Assembly (NCBI RefSeq): GCF_009914755.1
Contig: NC_060932.1
DNA from: the human T2T-CHM13v2.0 reference genome, Homo sapiens
Strand: one strand, 5' to 3'
Length of the DNA stretch: 64,000 bases
The translations under genes were made by a program, and so were the position numbers. The first letter of the stretch is position 1; every line of letters begins with the position of its first letter. Below the pieces are notes generated by a model. That model was not told the DNA's origin, made no database searches, and saw nothing but the letters and a program-made list of their open reading frames with translations. This document shows positions 13,004-28,070 of this stretch, piece by piece.

Positions 13004-13699
13004 GTTGACAAATCTGAAGGTTTTATTCGAAGAGACAAACGGAAAAATTATAATCCTAGAATAAGTGAAAATTATATGAGAGACTTTTCAAAATAAATTA
13101 TGTTTTATGCGGTTATGAATAAAAAATGATTTGCAAAGTGAAAGTGAAAAGTAGAAAGGAGAGTTAAAGGAACTTCAGACAAGTGAATTAATAAGGAGCA
13201 AAGACACCAAGAAGTGCTGCTCATGGTATATTACAGGTAACCACACAGAAATGGGTAACATAACTTTCGATACAAAAATGGCTAAAATTTAATGGGCTAA
13301 GCATGCATTTTGGGGGCTTCTGGGAAAAAAAACAGCATAATAACCCTAAAGAAGATAAAGGGAAAATTATAAATACAAAATATAAATTAATGAAACAAAT
13401 GAGAAAAAACTAGTATTTTTAACAATGTTTTTCAAAAAGTCTAATACACTTTATAATAACCTGGCAACACTGAACAAGAGAAAATGAGAACATGCTTAAA
13501 ATAACTATTGCAGGAATGAAAGGTTAATATCAAAACAGATGTTTCAGAGATCCAAATAATTTTTAAATTTGTGTATTATATTCCCTCTTCGCTGTGTACC
13601 TGGGGATTTTCCTGTTGCAGTTCACTATATCATGACCGTGTCATTAATTTTGATGCTAGTAAATTATTACCATCAGCATACAAATATGCTGTTGTTTTT

Positions 13700-14350
13700 C
13701 TGATCTAAGAAAAAGAATTTCCTTGCTTTTCTTCTGATACCAGCTGTCATCCCATTTTTTGCTCTACTTTTCAACAAAACATCTTAGAATAGTTGTCCAT
13801 ACTCTCTGTCTTCAATTCCTCTCCTCTCATTGTTTCTTAAATATATCCCAATCAGGCTCTTTCTCCCTTTTTCGATCATGATATTGACACCACTTTTGTC
13901 AAAGTTACGAATAATCTCCACATTACTAGATCCAATGATCATTTTTCACTACAACTTTAATCGGCCTATTAGCAGCATTTGACACAAATAATCACTTCCT
14001 TCTTCACAGTATACTTTCTTCAGTTGGCTTCCAGGACGGCACATTCACTTGAGTCTCAGCCTGTCTCACTGGAGCTACCACTTCGGCTTCCTTTGTTTCT
14101 TCCTCATCTTTTGCATCACACCTCCTATAGGAGAGCTGCAGAGCTCAGTTCCTGGTCCTCTTCTCTTCTCCCTCACCACACACTCTTTGGAGGGGCTCAG
14201 CAAGTCTCATCCCTTTCAATTCTCCTTTTGGACCTCCTTTTGAACTCCAGGCTTAAATAAATTATCCAACTGCATAACTGGTATATCTACTTGGACACTT
14301 GATTTCAAAAGTAATATATATCCAAAACCAAACTCACGATTTTCCCTCAT
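13700..14350 (+). mobile_element. L2 fragment
   Basis: ccaactgc..gtatatctacttggac..tccaaaaccaaactc resembles the L2 ORF2 C-terminal region; pyrimidine-rich L2 texture. Confidence 0.6.
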
Positions 14351-14832
14351 AAACCTCTACATACACATTTTTTCTCTTCTTGCAGAGTGCCATGGTCAGC
14401 ATTGGAGCCTCTCTTAGCTTTTCTGTCCACTTTCATCCTCAGCAAGCCTCTATCTCTGCACCTCAAGAATCTCTCAGGGCTTCCATCCCTTGCCCAACCT
14501 CGGGCAGTAGCTGCCTCACACTCAGTGAAAGACCAGAGAATCTACTTCTCTCAGCTACCTGTCCTGCCCTGCCTTCAGACCTCATCAGGCCTCTCTTCTT
14601 ATGCACCTGTGAGAACAGAGAGTGAAGGGGGTTTCTCTCTGCTCCCCAACCCACTCCCCAGTAACAGAGGATTTTCCCCGATTCTCACAGTGCGACCTCT
14701 ACCTTTCTTTGATCTCTAATTGCAGCAGTTCCTACATGCCTGTCCCTCAAAAGTGTCTCAGGTAGTTCTCCTGCTCTCCATCTGATCTTACCTAGGAGCA
14801 CACAAGATAGGTCATGAAAAAACAATTAGTGG

Positions 14833-15260
<428 letters not shown>

Positions 15261-16241
15261 CTACTGCTGCTAAACTATCACAAGCCCACATTCAGCCTTT
15301 CAACATTTGCTTGAGGTTCACTTGTTTCCTTCTTATCTCCATCAAGGGCAGCTTCCTCCTGTTTCTGCTGCTGCAACTCAGGTACACACAAATCATCTGT
15401 GGATCCGTTCTTTTTTCAGTAGGCTTTCATTACTCTGAATTTAAGTTAATTAGCTTTTTTTGAGACCTCAGCTCTGTCTTTTAAAATGAAATCTATGATC
15501 TATAGATTATCCAGCTTATTCTCTTGGTCAGGGCAAGAGCATTTTTCTATAACTTTCTAAATTCTAAACAAAAGTAAAAGTTCACTTCTTTTCAGGATCC
15601 CCCCCATGTCAGAAAGTATTACTATTATCATCAGTTTAGTGATATTTATGGAATTCCAAGTTGACTCTGAGATCAGCTTTTGGGTTAAATTCTTTCTTCC
15701 TGATATATAGCCTTTGAAATTTTATTTGCTGCAGATCTCTTGATAGTGAACAATTTTAGTTTTTATCTGTCAATTTCATATTTTTATTTTTGTTCTTGAA
15801 AGACAGCATTACTGAGTACCCAATTCTATACTAACAGTTATTTTCTCTCAACATTTGTTGATACTAGTTTACCCATTTTTAGTTTTTGCTTTACTATAAT
15901 AATCAGATAAATATTATTTCATGATAAATTGTCCTTTTTTCAATGTTTATATGGTCTGGTGTTTAGTTTTAATGTTTTATAATTTATAATTTAACTAATG
16001 TGAATTTATTTTTATATCATCTGTTAGAAATACGTTCTTTGAATCAATGGATTTATACTTTCTCCTAATTTCTTTTTGAGAATCTCTCGAAACGGTGAAT
16101 CCTCTTACACTTCTCTCCCCCCATATTTGAATTAAATAAATGTTAGACCTTGTGTTTCCATGCTACATTCTGGGTATATCATTTAAGCATTTTTTTCTTT
16201 ACTAATTATCCTGTTACCTATATCTAATATATCATTAATAA

Positions 16242-16602
<361 letters not shown>

Positions 16603-19600
16603 AGATCTGCCCATTTTTTCTATCATCTATATTGTTTTACTATTGATTTTACATCTTTGTAATAGTAGACTGTTTCTTTAAACAATCAATACACAGGTGC
16701 TTAATTATTTCTCCACATTGACAATTTCAACACATTTAGTTTTCAAGGATTTAAATGTGCTATTCATTTCATTAACTTTTATTCATGCTGTCTTGCTTAC
16801 CTGATCATTTTTAATACTGAACTCATTGCTCTTCCTTAATCTGCCATCATTCTACGGTCTGAAATGAGAATGCTATTATCCAAACTTCCTCTGTGAAACT
16901 GACTCAGTGCTTTATCTCAATATGGAAGTTCCAGGATTAACGAACTGGAATTTCTGATGGCCCAAGAGTCAGTAGTACCACCATTAGCATTACTGATAAT
17001 AGCAGATCATCCTAGAAGATCTGGGAAACCCTCACCCACCTCCATCAGCTAGCCAATACAAAGTACCCAGTGCTGAAGCTCCAGTTCACAGACTATTTTT
17101 TGTATTTGAAAGAGGAGATATTTTAAGAACTTCCCTAACCATTTTCAAGGATAGAAATGTTTCAAAGAGATCCTCTAAAATGTATTTGTTCGATAGCAGC
17201 AGTCATTTAAGAACAGCTAACTTGCAATCATGGCCAAAAGCCTAAATCTTTCTTTCATTCTAATCACAGATATTTTGTATCTTTTGGAGATATCTCAGAT
17301 TCAGATGTATTCATACTATTCTATGATTTGGGACACTGCTATAGATTCTTCAAAATGTTACAACATTCCAGTGGTATTTTGGGAGGTATGGAAGGAGAGG
17401 AAAAACAATGGGCTCAAGTCTCCCCTGACTTCTCTTCTTACAACATATTTCATTGTCCAGAACTTTTAGAACTATATTAATACAACATTGACAGTGGGTA
17501 TTCTTCTTTTCCTTCTGATTTTAATAGGATTGAAGGAAGTGTTTTGCTATGAAATTGCTATATGCGTTGTATTCAGACAAATTTTGACTTTGTAAAGGCA
17601 ATATTCTTCTCATTAATTTAAAATGTTTACCAGGATTCACAGTATTATTTTCAATTCTCCCCATTCAAAGGCATATTTAAATAACTTGATGAAAGGGGAA
17701 TATTATATATGTTACTCTACTATGGAAACAGAAAAAACCACCACCAAATTGTATTCTAGATACTTTGTACACCAATTGCACCATCTTTTTTTTATCTAAG
17801 ACATTCAATTCTTCCACAGGCGGAAGCACATGAGTTAGCATCATTTACTACTTGTAGTTTTCACTACAGACTTTCAGACCTATGGTACCTAAAGGAAATA
17901 GAATGCTTCTAGCTGGGTTTAAAAGCTACAAATAAACAGAGGAAATATACACTATTTTGAAAGTACCACTTGAGTGTTCTGTATGTATTTCAATATTATG
18001 TTGCTAATTTTAATTGTTCAAGGTTAAGGAGCTTAAACCTCCTCCTCATACATTCCTGAATCATCCATTACTCCCACACATACATTGTTTGATACAGCAT
18101 AATCCTAAGTAAGTAAAGAGGTAGCAAAATGAAAAAAAATAAAATAATGTGATACCATTCTCATCTAGGAATGGCATCAGTGGACAGATGTGAATAAAAG
18201 TAATGTGATTATAATTTTAAAAATCATATTTAATAGGATCCATTTATTATTAAATGAACATTAAATTACTTAATGTATAATAAATCCTTAACACAATGAA
18301 AACTCTTAATGCAGAGTGAGACCAAAATGAAGGTATTAACTGTTTTCTTCCTAATCCTTGCTTTAGCTGTTATTTCCACCAGACCGTCACTTTATTTGAA
18401 GGATATTGTAATAGCACAAAGCCCTCAGCTTTACCAGTAGAGAGATCTTCCTTAAATTATCTTTGTTGTAATAAAGGTCATCTGGAGGAAATACTGGTCT
18501 GAATACAATAATAAATGTTAAGCTTTCTAGTATTTTCCACTTTTAGACACAAATTGAAAGAATCATTTATAATGTCAAAAACACTTTTTTCTAACTAATC
18601 TATTCTATGCCTAAGACACTACTAGCAATTAAAGTAGATAGATCAAATCTAAATGTGGAGAGAAAAAGTAATTTCTACTTATGTTTAAACAGATGAAAGC
18701 ATGAATAAATTGAAAGCCTGAAATATTAGCTTGGGGGAATAACGTCACTTTTGGGGAGCAGGAGCAGGATATATCAGCTTTTAGCTCTACACCCTCCCCG
18801 CAAGAAAAAAATATATAGATAGTTATGTACAAACCAAAATAGCCCTGGGAGGGTTCAAGGGACCATTTAAGAAACTATGGCAACACAGTGAAGACAAAAA
18901 AAAAAAAAAAAAGAGAGAGAAAGAGAGAGTGAAAGAAAAAAAACTAGCCATATAGAAAAAACAGCTGCTGAAATCAGCATACCTGAGATGCCAGAAACAT
19001 CTTTTTTGGCTAGAAACAAAAACAGAAAGGGACTATCTGTATCAGCCACAAGGTGGAACCACCAAGGCCCTCAGTAACCCACTCTGGCAGAAGACACTGG
19101 CATTTTTTGCCACTGGAGTAAGCAACATCCCTTTCTGACAGAAAACCCAGAGAAAAAGATGAAGATGTACCATCTCCTCCCACATCCCTTTTCCCCACCA
19201 AAAATGCAGTGACTGTTGGGCCAAACCAGGATTGGAACTGCTACCTTTCTTAAACTGCATGTGTCTCTGACATATGAGCAGCAACCATTTCAAGAGCTCC
19301 CACATAAAAACGTTCATACTAAATTTATTCTGTTACTTAAGAGTGTTTATGGATTTACATTCCATTTGTGGACTAATTTTCTCACTGGATCTTCTTTCCT
19401 GCAGTAAGAGGTGATTTGGGTCCTGTGGAAGGTCATTGTCTCAATTTGTCTGGTGTTTGCAGAAGAGATGTCTGCAAAGTAGTAGAAGATCAAATTGGTG
19501 CCTGCCGAAGAAGGATGAAGTGTTGTAGAGCATGGTGGATTTTAATGCCAATTCCAACACCACTTATCATGTCAGATTATCAAGAACCCCTTAAACCTAA

Positions 19601-19829
19601 GTTGAAATGAAACTGAGACAAAATAAAAATACATCAAAAGTGAAGTTATTTGCATCTAAGAATATTAAAATATACATATTAAGTAATTCCATCTTGATAA
19701 CCATCTTGCATTTTCACTTATCAACATAAATGAATAAATACTAATTTCAAATATACCCAAGTACTATTTCTTTGTGAGTCATTAACAGATCTTAACAAAA
19801 CTTTTAAAAATGAGAAAACTGTTACTTTC

Positions 19830-21945
19830 GTTTTCCAAGATGGTGGATTGAAGGCATTGTTAGTTTGCCTCTTGCACTTGAAAAGACAAAATGGCATGTA
19901 GAGACTCACACTGTGAACTTTCTTTCAAGAAGCAACACAGGAATTTAACAGGAAAATTGAAATAAGCCACAGACCATTTGAAAGAAACGGCAGGATGCAG
20001 CTTACACCATAAGCTAGGCAGAAAATTGTAAGTTTCCAGGGTGTGACAGGAGGGTAAACTGACTCTAAGATATACACTTCCACTGGGAAACCTATCAATC
20101 CAGGCCGTGAGGGAAGGCCTTAACCCTACTCAGCGCTGGAGCTGATTTAGGGAAGAGTGGTGAGTATATGAGGAGTGGCATTGGGATGTGCTTTGAATCT
20201 CCAGCACATTCCCAGTTTCTGGTAGAATGGAGGGAAGCCATTTCTGATTCTACCTCAGACAGGACCTCCTAGAAGTCTGCCAGCTAACTCAGATGGTGGT
20301 CACAGGTTGAGACAACCTCCCAACTGAAATGTGTGATATAATCTTGACTGGGGACAAACTCCCCAGGCCAGAACTGAGAGGTGAGTGGGAAGTGTGCTGC
20401 AGCAGCAAGCACAGGAGCTGAGGGCCCCTGCTCTGCAGGTGGATCAGGAAGGGTGTGGCCTGAAGTTTGCAGTTGCTGTCTCTATAAGGGAGTCTTATGG
20501 TATGGGTCAGTTTTGAGTTCTGAGCTCAGACTTCTTGAAACTTAGCTAGCTACTCCCATTGGAACACTGTGGGTGTGAGACCTGCCTTGCCAAGTGTGTG
20601 GGAGCTGGATGGGGCTTACTACCAAGCTGCTACTCCCCATTCCTCATATGGACTCTCCTTGTACAGAGGCAGAGACAGCTTCACTTCTCTCTGGAAAATT
20701 ACTCCAGTGGCCCAAGAACTGCCTTCCAATTCCCACTGGAGCCACTGCTTGTCCCACACATAGACAGCCAGAGCATCACCTTACCTGACCTAGTTCCCAC
20801 CTGGCTTTGCTCAACCACCTACCCTGGTAGATTAACACAAATAACAGAAGAAACTTTTAGAAGCTCTATGGCTCCACCTATTTCCTGAGACACCAGAGTG
20901 CCTCCCATGGGTAACATAAGGCAAGTCCAAATCTCACCACTACCACCACAGCTGGCAGTCTTTTGGAAGCACCACCTCCTGGCTGAAGGCCTACTGACAG
21001 TCCTTTACAGCATCTGCAGGTAGAATAACATAGCACCCAGGAAGGAGAAAAGTTGTGAGTGACCACAACTGTTACCATTGCTTGCATCATTCTGGCTAAG
21101 CAGGAGGCCATGAGTCTGTCCATGTGATGAGTTCATTACTACTACAACTGGCATTTGAGAAATCCAATACACAACACACTAGGACTATTTATAACCAAGG
21201 AATCTTTCAGAGTCTACATCACTCCCCTGCCATCCCCATCTGATCAGCTGCTGATACACACTGCTGTGAGACTTGAGGACAGATTATATCACTGGATCCA
21301 TTGCAGATATTCTTGAGCACCAGCCTGGTGTGCGGCAGCCCCACTGGGTAGCTAGACCCAGAGAAGCAGCAGCAGCATATGCAGTAATCTGAATTTCAGG
21401 GACTCCTACTCTGAGGAAAGAGGAAGCACACCACATCAAGGGAGCACCCTGGGGACAAAATAATCTAGATGACCTTGAGTCCCAGAACATTCCACTTGTG
21501 GGAAGTTGTTTGGTGGTTTGTTTGTTTCTGTTTTTTTTCCAGCAGAGGAACATGTGCATGCTAGGCTCAGCGAGGAAAGTCTGTAGCTATAGCTCAACAA
21601 TCAGGCAGCCTTGATGCTCAAGAAGAGTCTTGGAGAATGGAGACTTATTTTCCATCTCATACACTACTGCAGACACAATAGTACTGTACTCAGAGCCAGT
21701 GTACTGAGGTGAGTGGCCATAAAACCTACTGAGACACCAGCCAGGACAGCTAAAGGAGTACTTGCATTACCACTCCCCCAACCCCAGGCAGCACAGCTTG
21801 CAGCTCCAAAAAAGACTGCTTCCTTCTGCTAGAGGAGATTAGAGGAAAGAGTAAAAAGGACTTTGTCTTGCATCTTGGATATCAGTTGAGCCACAGTAGG
21901 ATAGGGCACTGGTCAGGGTCATGAGGCCCCCATTGTGGATGTAAC
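19830..21945 (+). mobile_element. Old L1 5' UTR region (L1PB/L1MA-type)
   Basis: Starts ttccaagatggtggat..; GC-richer L1 5'UTR-like motifs such as ggactttgtcttgcatcttggatatcag. Confidence 0.6.
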
Positions 21946-21964
21946 TAACTTTTTTTTTTTTAAT

Positions 21965-22507
21965 TTTATAGGCTGATAGGCAGAAGGGACTTGTCTCAAA
22001 TAAGACTTTGGACTTGGAGTTTTGAGTTATGCTGGAATCAGTTAAGACTTTGGGGGACTGTTGGAAAAGCATGATTGGCTTTGAAATATATATAAAAGAC
22101 ATGAGATTTGGGAGGTGCCAGGAGCAGAATAATATGGTTTGGCTCTGTGTCCCCACCCAAACCTCATCTCAAATTATTATCCCCACACATCGACAGAGGG
22201 ACCTGTAATCGCCATGTGTCGAAGAAGTTTACTTCATGTTATCCTCATGATAGTGAGTGAATTCTTAGGAGATCTGATGGTTTTAAGAGTAGGTGTTTTT
22301 TTTTTTTTTTTTTTTCTGTGCACTCACTTCTCTCCCTGCCACCTTGTGAAAAAAGGTGCCTACTTCTGTCTTGCCTTCCACCATGACTGTAAGTTTCCTG
22401 AGGCCTCCCCAGTGATGCAGAACTGTGAATTAATTAAACAACTTCCCTTTGTAAATTACCCAGTGTGGGGTAGTGTCTTTACAACAGTGTAAAAATGGAC
22501 TAATACA
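21965..22507 (+). mobile_element. MaLR THE1 (THE1D-like): internal 3' end plus LTR (22130-22507)
   Basis: gacatgagatttgggagg..cagaa|taatatggtttggctctgtgtccccacccaaa ... ccatgactgtaagtttcctgaggcctccccag ... ggactaataca. Confidence 0.9.
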
Positions 22508-22554
22508 GGTTCCCTGAAATATTCTGAGTCCCTTTGGAGGCAAGAATCTCTTTA

Positions 22555-23865
22555 TACCAGCATGGTATACTGATGAAGTACATCCTGATCTCATGGTCTG
22601 AGAAAGAATTTATACATACCCTTTATGTGTCAGCAACTCTATGTGAAGGCTTTTGAGCCCCAGAATGGGCTTTCTTGCCCCATCTAGTCTATCTAACATT
22701 TTTCTAAGCCAACTCAATGTCTTTCATCCACACTGGGATAGGTCCTAAATTGCTGTCTGTTGCCCACCTGAGATAATGAGATGTTAAATCAGGTGTGTGT
22801 GACCCAGATACATCTATCTGAGTGGCAGGAGAGGGTCTATCTGTTCACAAGAGTCTCTGCAACATTTTCTAAGTCAGTTCAGAAGCTTATTGATTCACGT
22901 TTGCAGGAAACGTAGCCATGAGAAAGGTCTCCAAAAATTCCTGACCTTTTGGAAATTTTTAAAGTCTCCACAGGTTTCCAGAGGTGACTGTAGCTGCACT
23001 GAAAGTCACTGCCTGGATAACTGGCCTGTTAAAGCAAATGCAAAATACGCTAAGCCCACTAAGGATACCCAGAAGCCATGGTATTCAATTAATTTTTGTC
23101 TTTCTTGCAGGTGGGAGAATACTGAGGATTATGCCCTCCTATAGCCAGTGAAGGTTATTCCAGTGCCTAGATGTACCAGTCAAGAGAGGTCATGGGAGAG
23201 CAGATGGCAGAAAGGGCAGCCAGGTCCTTTCGCTGGGGTTTACTGTTTGTCATGAGCTCTGCTGCTGGGCAGCATGTGTGATTTCTGACTCCTGCCATGT
23301 CCTCAAGAAGCCTTGCCCCATCAGCCAGCTGTACTACCTCCTGAAAGCTGGTGCATGTTTGTTAGCATGGAGATCCAGAACAAGAGTCACTTTAGTATTT
23401 ATCCATAGAGTCCCAATGTGTGCACATGCTTACCTGCAGGTTGTTTTTCCTATTTTCTGAATGTTAATCCTTGCCTTCTGGAACTCAACATTACCCCCTG
23501 TGGCCAAATATGGGATAATTGTAAGGGGAAACTGCTGTTTAGGTCCCAAGTCCACAGGGTTAGTATTATTATCAATATTAAAATTGTTAATTATGGATAT
23601 TAGTATCATAATAATCATCATCATTCCTGTTAATACTCATCAATATGTTTATTATTACTATCATTAAGATGGTTTATTAATGTTATTATTCAGTAATAAA
23701 TGTTTAGTTTCTCCACTCACTCAGTCAAACTGGAATCTGACTCCCGATATGACTATGGATATGACTGCATATGACTATGAGGGTTACCCTGCAGATATAG
23801 ACATGAACAGCTGTCCCAGAGACAGCTCTTGCAGGCACTAATTGCTCTTTCATAGGATGAGTTCC
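22555..23865. repeat. Old duplicated module, copy A (direct paralog at 51460-53097)
   Basis: Collinear blocks such as ccagcat..ctgatgaagt.ca, agcaactctatgtg, tgcaggtgggaga.tactgag, aattgctctttcata.gatgag. Confidence 0.85.
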
Positions 23866-25631
23866 TTACAGGAGAGAAGGGCTGATCTCCATGATGTGGT
23901 TTCCTCAGGGTCTCATTAAGGGCTGGTGATACAGGAGCACTGCCTACCCCTCTTCCTCACGTGAGAGTGGTACATTCTCTGTTGTCATGGCTGGGATGGC
24001 TCCATCTTGAACATATAAATTCCAGGTTGTAGAAGCAAAAAAGCAAAAGATGCATTGGATCTGCATAGGGAACTGCAAGCCATCCTGCAACCTCAGGACA
24101 CACTCAGAAACAACCACGTGGACCACATCGCCCAAGCTCAGCTGCATGGCTCTCCGTTGGGGTAGGACAAGGACCTCTTCCACCAGGCTCAACTGGAGTC
24201 CTATCCCTGGTCCCAGGACCACAAGGAGCATCTCTTTTTTTGGAATCACACTGCTCCATTCGAAGGACAGCCCTCAGTTCTCTGTCTTCAAAAGAGGCTG
24301 CAAATGGTGCTGATTGGCAGGGAGCCGACAGCAGCAACACCCTCTACAACTTTAAAATAAAAATGTCTCCCAGGGTGGGATATTATGCTGACCCTACCTA
24401 AAAGCACATTCCCTAGATGTTGCTTGTTGCCTGGAGTTTGAACAGCATTGTCCAAACTTTGCCATTGAAGAACAAGGAAACTTACCTGGGGTAGTTGCAG
24501 GAGTAGGCCTAAATCCAGGTGTGAAGATCCTTGAACTGGGGGTGTTTCTGTACCTGTAGAGATTGCAGACTGGGAAAGGTAAGGCTCTGGTCCTGCCAGA
24601 CTCTCTAGAGGTTAAGAATGTGATCTGCAGAAAGACATGAACTAGCACAGGCAACTGTAGAACATCTGCCCCCAAGAATCATAAATGCCTTTTCACTCAT
24701 CCTGCAGAATGCACTCTCTACTTTAATGATCGTGTGGGATGTGACTTTAATTTGTAGGCATGAGGATTGATCTTAAGAAAAAGCAGGGAAAGTGCCTTAC
24801 CTGTTCTGGGACTCTGCTCCACTTGCCAACATTTGAGTGGATTCATTTGTGTTGTAGTCAAGCTACAGGAAATAAAGGGACCAGTCAGTCTTCCACACAA
24901 TGACACAGAGGCCAATTATCACAAGTCCAAATCTCCATTTGTCATCCAGCTCACATTCCCGTTGTGGCACAAGGACACATGCACTCGTGTCCAACTCCAA
25001 ATAGTAGCTTCACATAGTATGTCAGCACTCTCCCACCATCATCTCTTCTAGAAGGTCTTCCGCTGGATTGGAAATGGCCTGGGATAAAAGATAATGACCA
25101 CAGGAAGCAGTTGTTTTTTTAGGATCTGATCCACATGAGAAGGTAGGACATCTAATTTGGTCTGAGGACTTTAGCTATGCTAATATTTCAGGTAACTGTC
25201 CCCTGTGTCTATAGAGTTACATTGTGAATAGAGTGAGAGATGATGAAAACTGTTTTCTTTCCTAGTGAGTATGAGGTAGAACCCTTATATCATGCTCTCT
25301 GTTGCCTGTTCTCCATACAGAGCCATCTCCCATTTAGAGAGAAGACATGGATTGTCAGTGGGAGCAAGCCTGAGACATGCCCACTGGCAGCTCCCAGAAA
25401 CCCCTGAAACCTGGCCACATCATGAAGTTTCCACTGTGGGTCTCATGCCTCCCTTGGTATCTTGAATTCAGAACATTTAATGTCATGGCAGGCCAGGGAA
25501 CTTCCTCTGCTCTAGTTTGGCTCTCTATCGCACATTCACACCCACACACACACACACACACACAGTCACACACACTCACACATCAACCTACTGGCAAACC
25601 AAGGTAGAAACACACACACATACCTGCTCAA

Positions 25632-28070
25632 TCCAGGCCAATATCCCTGATGAACATTAATGCAAAAATTCTTAATAAAATACTAGCAAACGGAATCCAG
25701 CAGCACATCAAAAAGCTTATCCACCACAATCAAGTCGGCTGCATCTTTGGGATGAAAGGCTGGTTCAACATACACAAATGAATAAATGTAATTGATCACA
25801 TAAACAGAACCAAAGACAAAAACCAGACAATTATTTCAATAGATGCAAAAATGCCTTTGATAAAATTCACCATCCCTTCATGTTAAAAACTCTCAATAAA
25901 CTAGGTACTGATGGAACATATTGCAAAATAATAGAGCTATTTATAACAAACCCACAGCCCACATCATATTGAATAGGCAAAAGCTGGAAGCATTCCTTTC
26001 AAAAACTGGTACAAGACAAGGATGTCCTCCGTAACCACTTCTATTCAACATAGTATTGGAAGTTCTCACCAGGGCTATCAGGCAAGAGAAAGAAATAAAA
26101 TGTATTCAAATAGGAAGAGAGTAAGTGAAGTTGTCTCTGTTTGCAGATGACATGACTTTATATTTAGAAAACCCCATCATCTCAATTCAAAAACTTCTTG
26201 AACTGATAAGCAACTTCACCAAGTTCTCAAGATATTAAATCATTGTGCAAAAATCACAAACATTCCTTTACATCAACAATAGTTAAGCAGAGAGCCAGAT
26301 CAAGAATGAACTCCCATTCACAATTGCTATAAAGAGAATAAAATACCTAGGGATACAGTTAGGAGTACAAGAGATGTGAAGGACCTCTTCAAAGACAACT
26401 GCAAACCACTGCTCAAGGAAATAAGAGAGGACACAAATGAATGGAAAAACATTCCATCCTCATGAATAGGAAGAATCAATATTGTGAAAATGTCCATACT
26501 GCCCAAACTAATTTATAGATTCAATGCTGTACCCATCAAGCTACCATTGATATTTTTCACAGAATTAGAAAGAACTATTTTAAATTTCATATGAAATCAA
26601 AGAATACCCTGTATAGCCAAGACAATTGTAAGCAAAAATAACAAAGCTGGAGGCATTACGCTACCTAACTTCAAACTATACTAGAAGGCCACAGTAACCA
26701 AAACAGCATGCTACTGCTGCCAAAACAGACATATAGACCAATGGAGCAGAACAAAGACCTCAGAAATAACCCCACACATCTACGACCATCTGATCTTTGA
26801 CAAACCTGACAAAAACAGGCAAGGGAGAAAGGATCTCCTATTCAGTAAATGCTGCTGGAAAAACTGGCTTGCCATAGGCAAGAAACTAAAACTGGACCCC
26901 TTCCTTACACCTTATACAAAAATTAACTCAATATGGATTAAAGACTTAAGTGTAAAATCCAAAACCATAAAAACCCTAGAAGAAAATTTAAGCAATACCA
27001 TTCAGGACATAGGCATGGGCAAAGACTTCATGACAAAAATGCCAAAAGCAATTGCAACAAAAGCCAAAATTGACAAATTGGATCTAATTAAACTAAAGAC
27101 CTTCTGCACAGCAAAGAAACTATCATCAGCATGAAAAAGCAACCTACAGAATGGGAGAAAATTGTTGCAATCTGCCCATCTGACAAAGGTCTAATAACCA
27201 AAGTTGACAAGGAACTTAAACATATTTACAAGCAAAAAAACAAACAACCCCATCAAAAGTAAGCAAAAGATATGAACAGAAACTTATCAAAAGAAGACAT
27301 TTATGCAACCAACAAATATATTTTTAAAAAGCTCAACAACACTGATCATCAGAGAAATGAAAATCAAAATTACAGTGAGATACCATCTCACACCCGTCAG
27401 AATGGCGATTATTAAAAAATTAAGAAACAATAGATGCTGGTGAGGCTGAGAAGAAAGAGGAAGGTTTTTACACTGTTGGTGAAACTGTAAATTAGTTCAA
27501 CCATTGTGGAAGACAGTATGGCGATTCCTCAAGGATCTAGAACCAGAAATACCATTTGACCCAGCAATCGCATTACTGGCTATGTACCCAAAGGAATATA
27601 AATCATTCCACTATAAAGACACATGCACACGTATGTTTATTGCAGCACTATATACAATAGGAAAGACATGAAACCAACCCAAATGCCCTTCAGTGCTAGA
27701 ATGGATAAAGAAAATGTGGTACGTATACACCAAAAAATACTATGCAGTCATAAAAAGGAATGAGATCATGTCTTTTGCAGGCACATGGATGAAGGTGAAG
27801 CCATCATACTGAGCAAACTAACACAGGAACAACAACAAAAAAAAAAACAAATACCGCATGTTCTCACTAATAAGTGAAAGTTGAACACTGAGGAAACAAG
27901 GACACAGTGAGAGGAACAACACACAACACAGCCCGTTGGGGGCTGGGGGTGAGGGAAGGAAACTTACAGGATAAGTCAATAGGTGCAACGAACCACCATA
28001 GCAGAGGATACCTATATAACAAGCCTGCTCGTTCTGCACATGTATCCTGTATTTTTTAAATTTAAAAAGA
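25632..28070 (+). mobile_element. 5'-truncated L1PA (ORF2 RT to 3' UTR), degenerate
   Basis: ccaatatccctgatgaacatt..; tttgcagatgacatg (FADD motif); L1PA 3' UTR; followed by (TACA)n at 28076-28125. Confidence 0.95.

Noticed and set aside
22130-22507. THE1 LTR as a DUX4-driven promoter
   Set aside because: The TAATTGAATCA site typical of THE1 LTRs is absent from this copy
23944-25051. Cluster of short ORFs suggesting a processed pseudogene or env fragment
   Set aside because: No recognisable protein motif in any frame; more likely non-coding lncRNA exon territory
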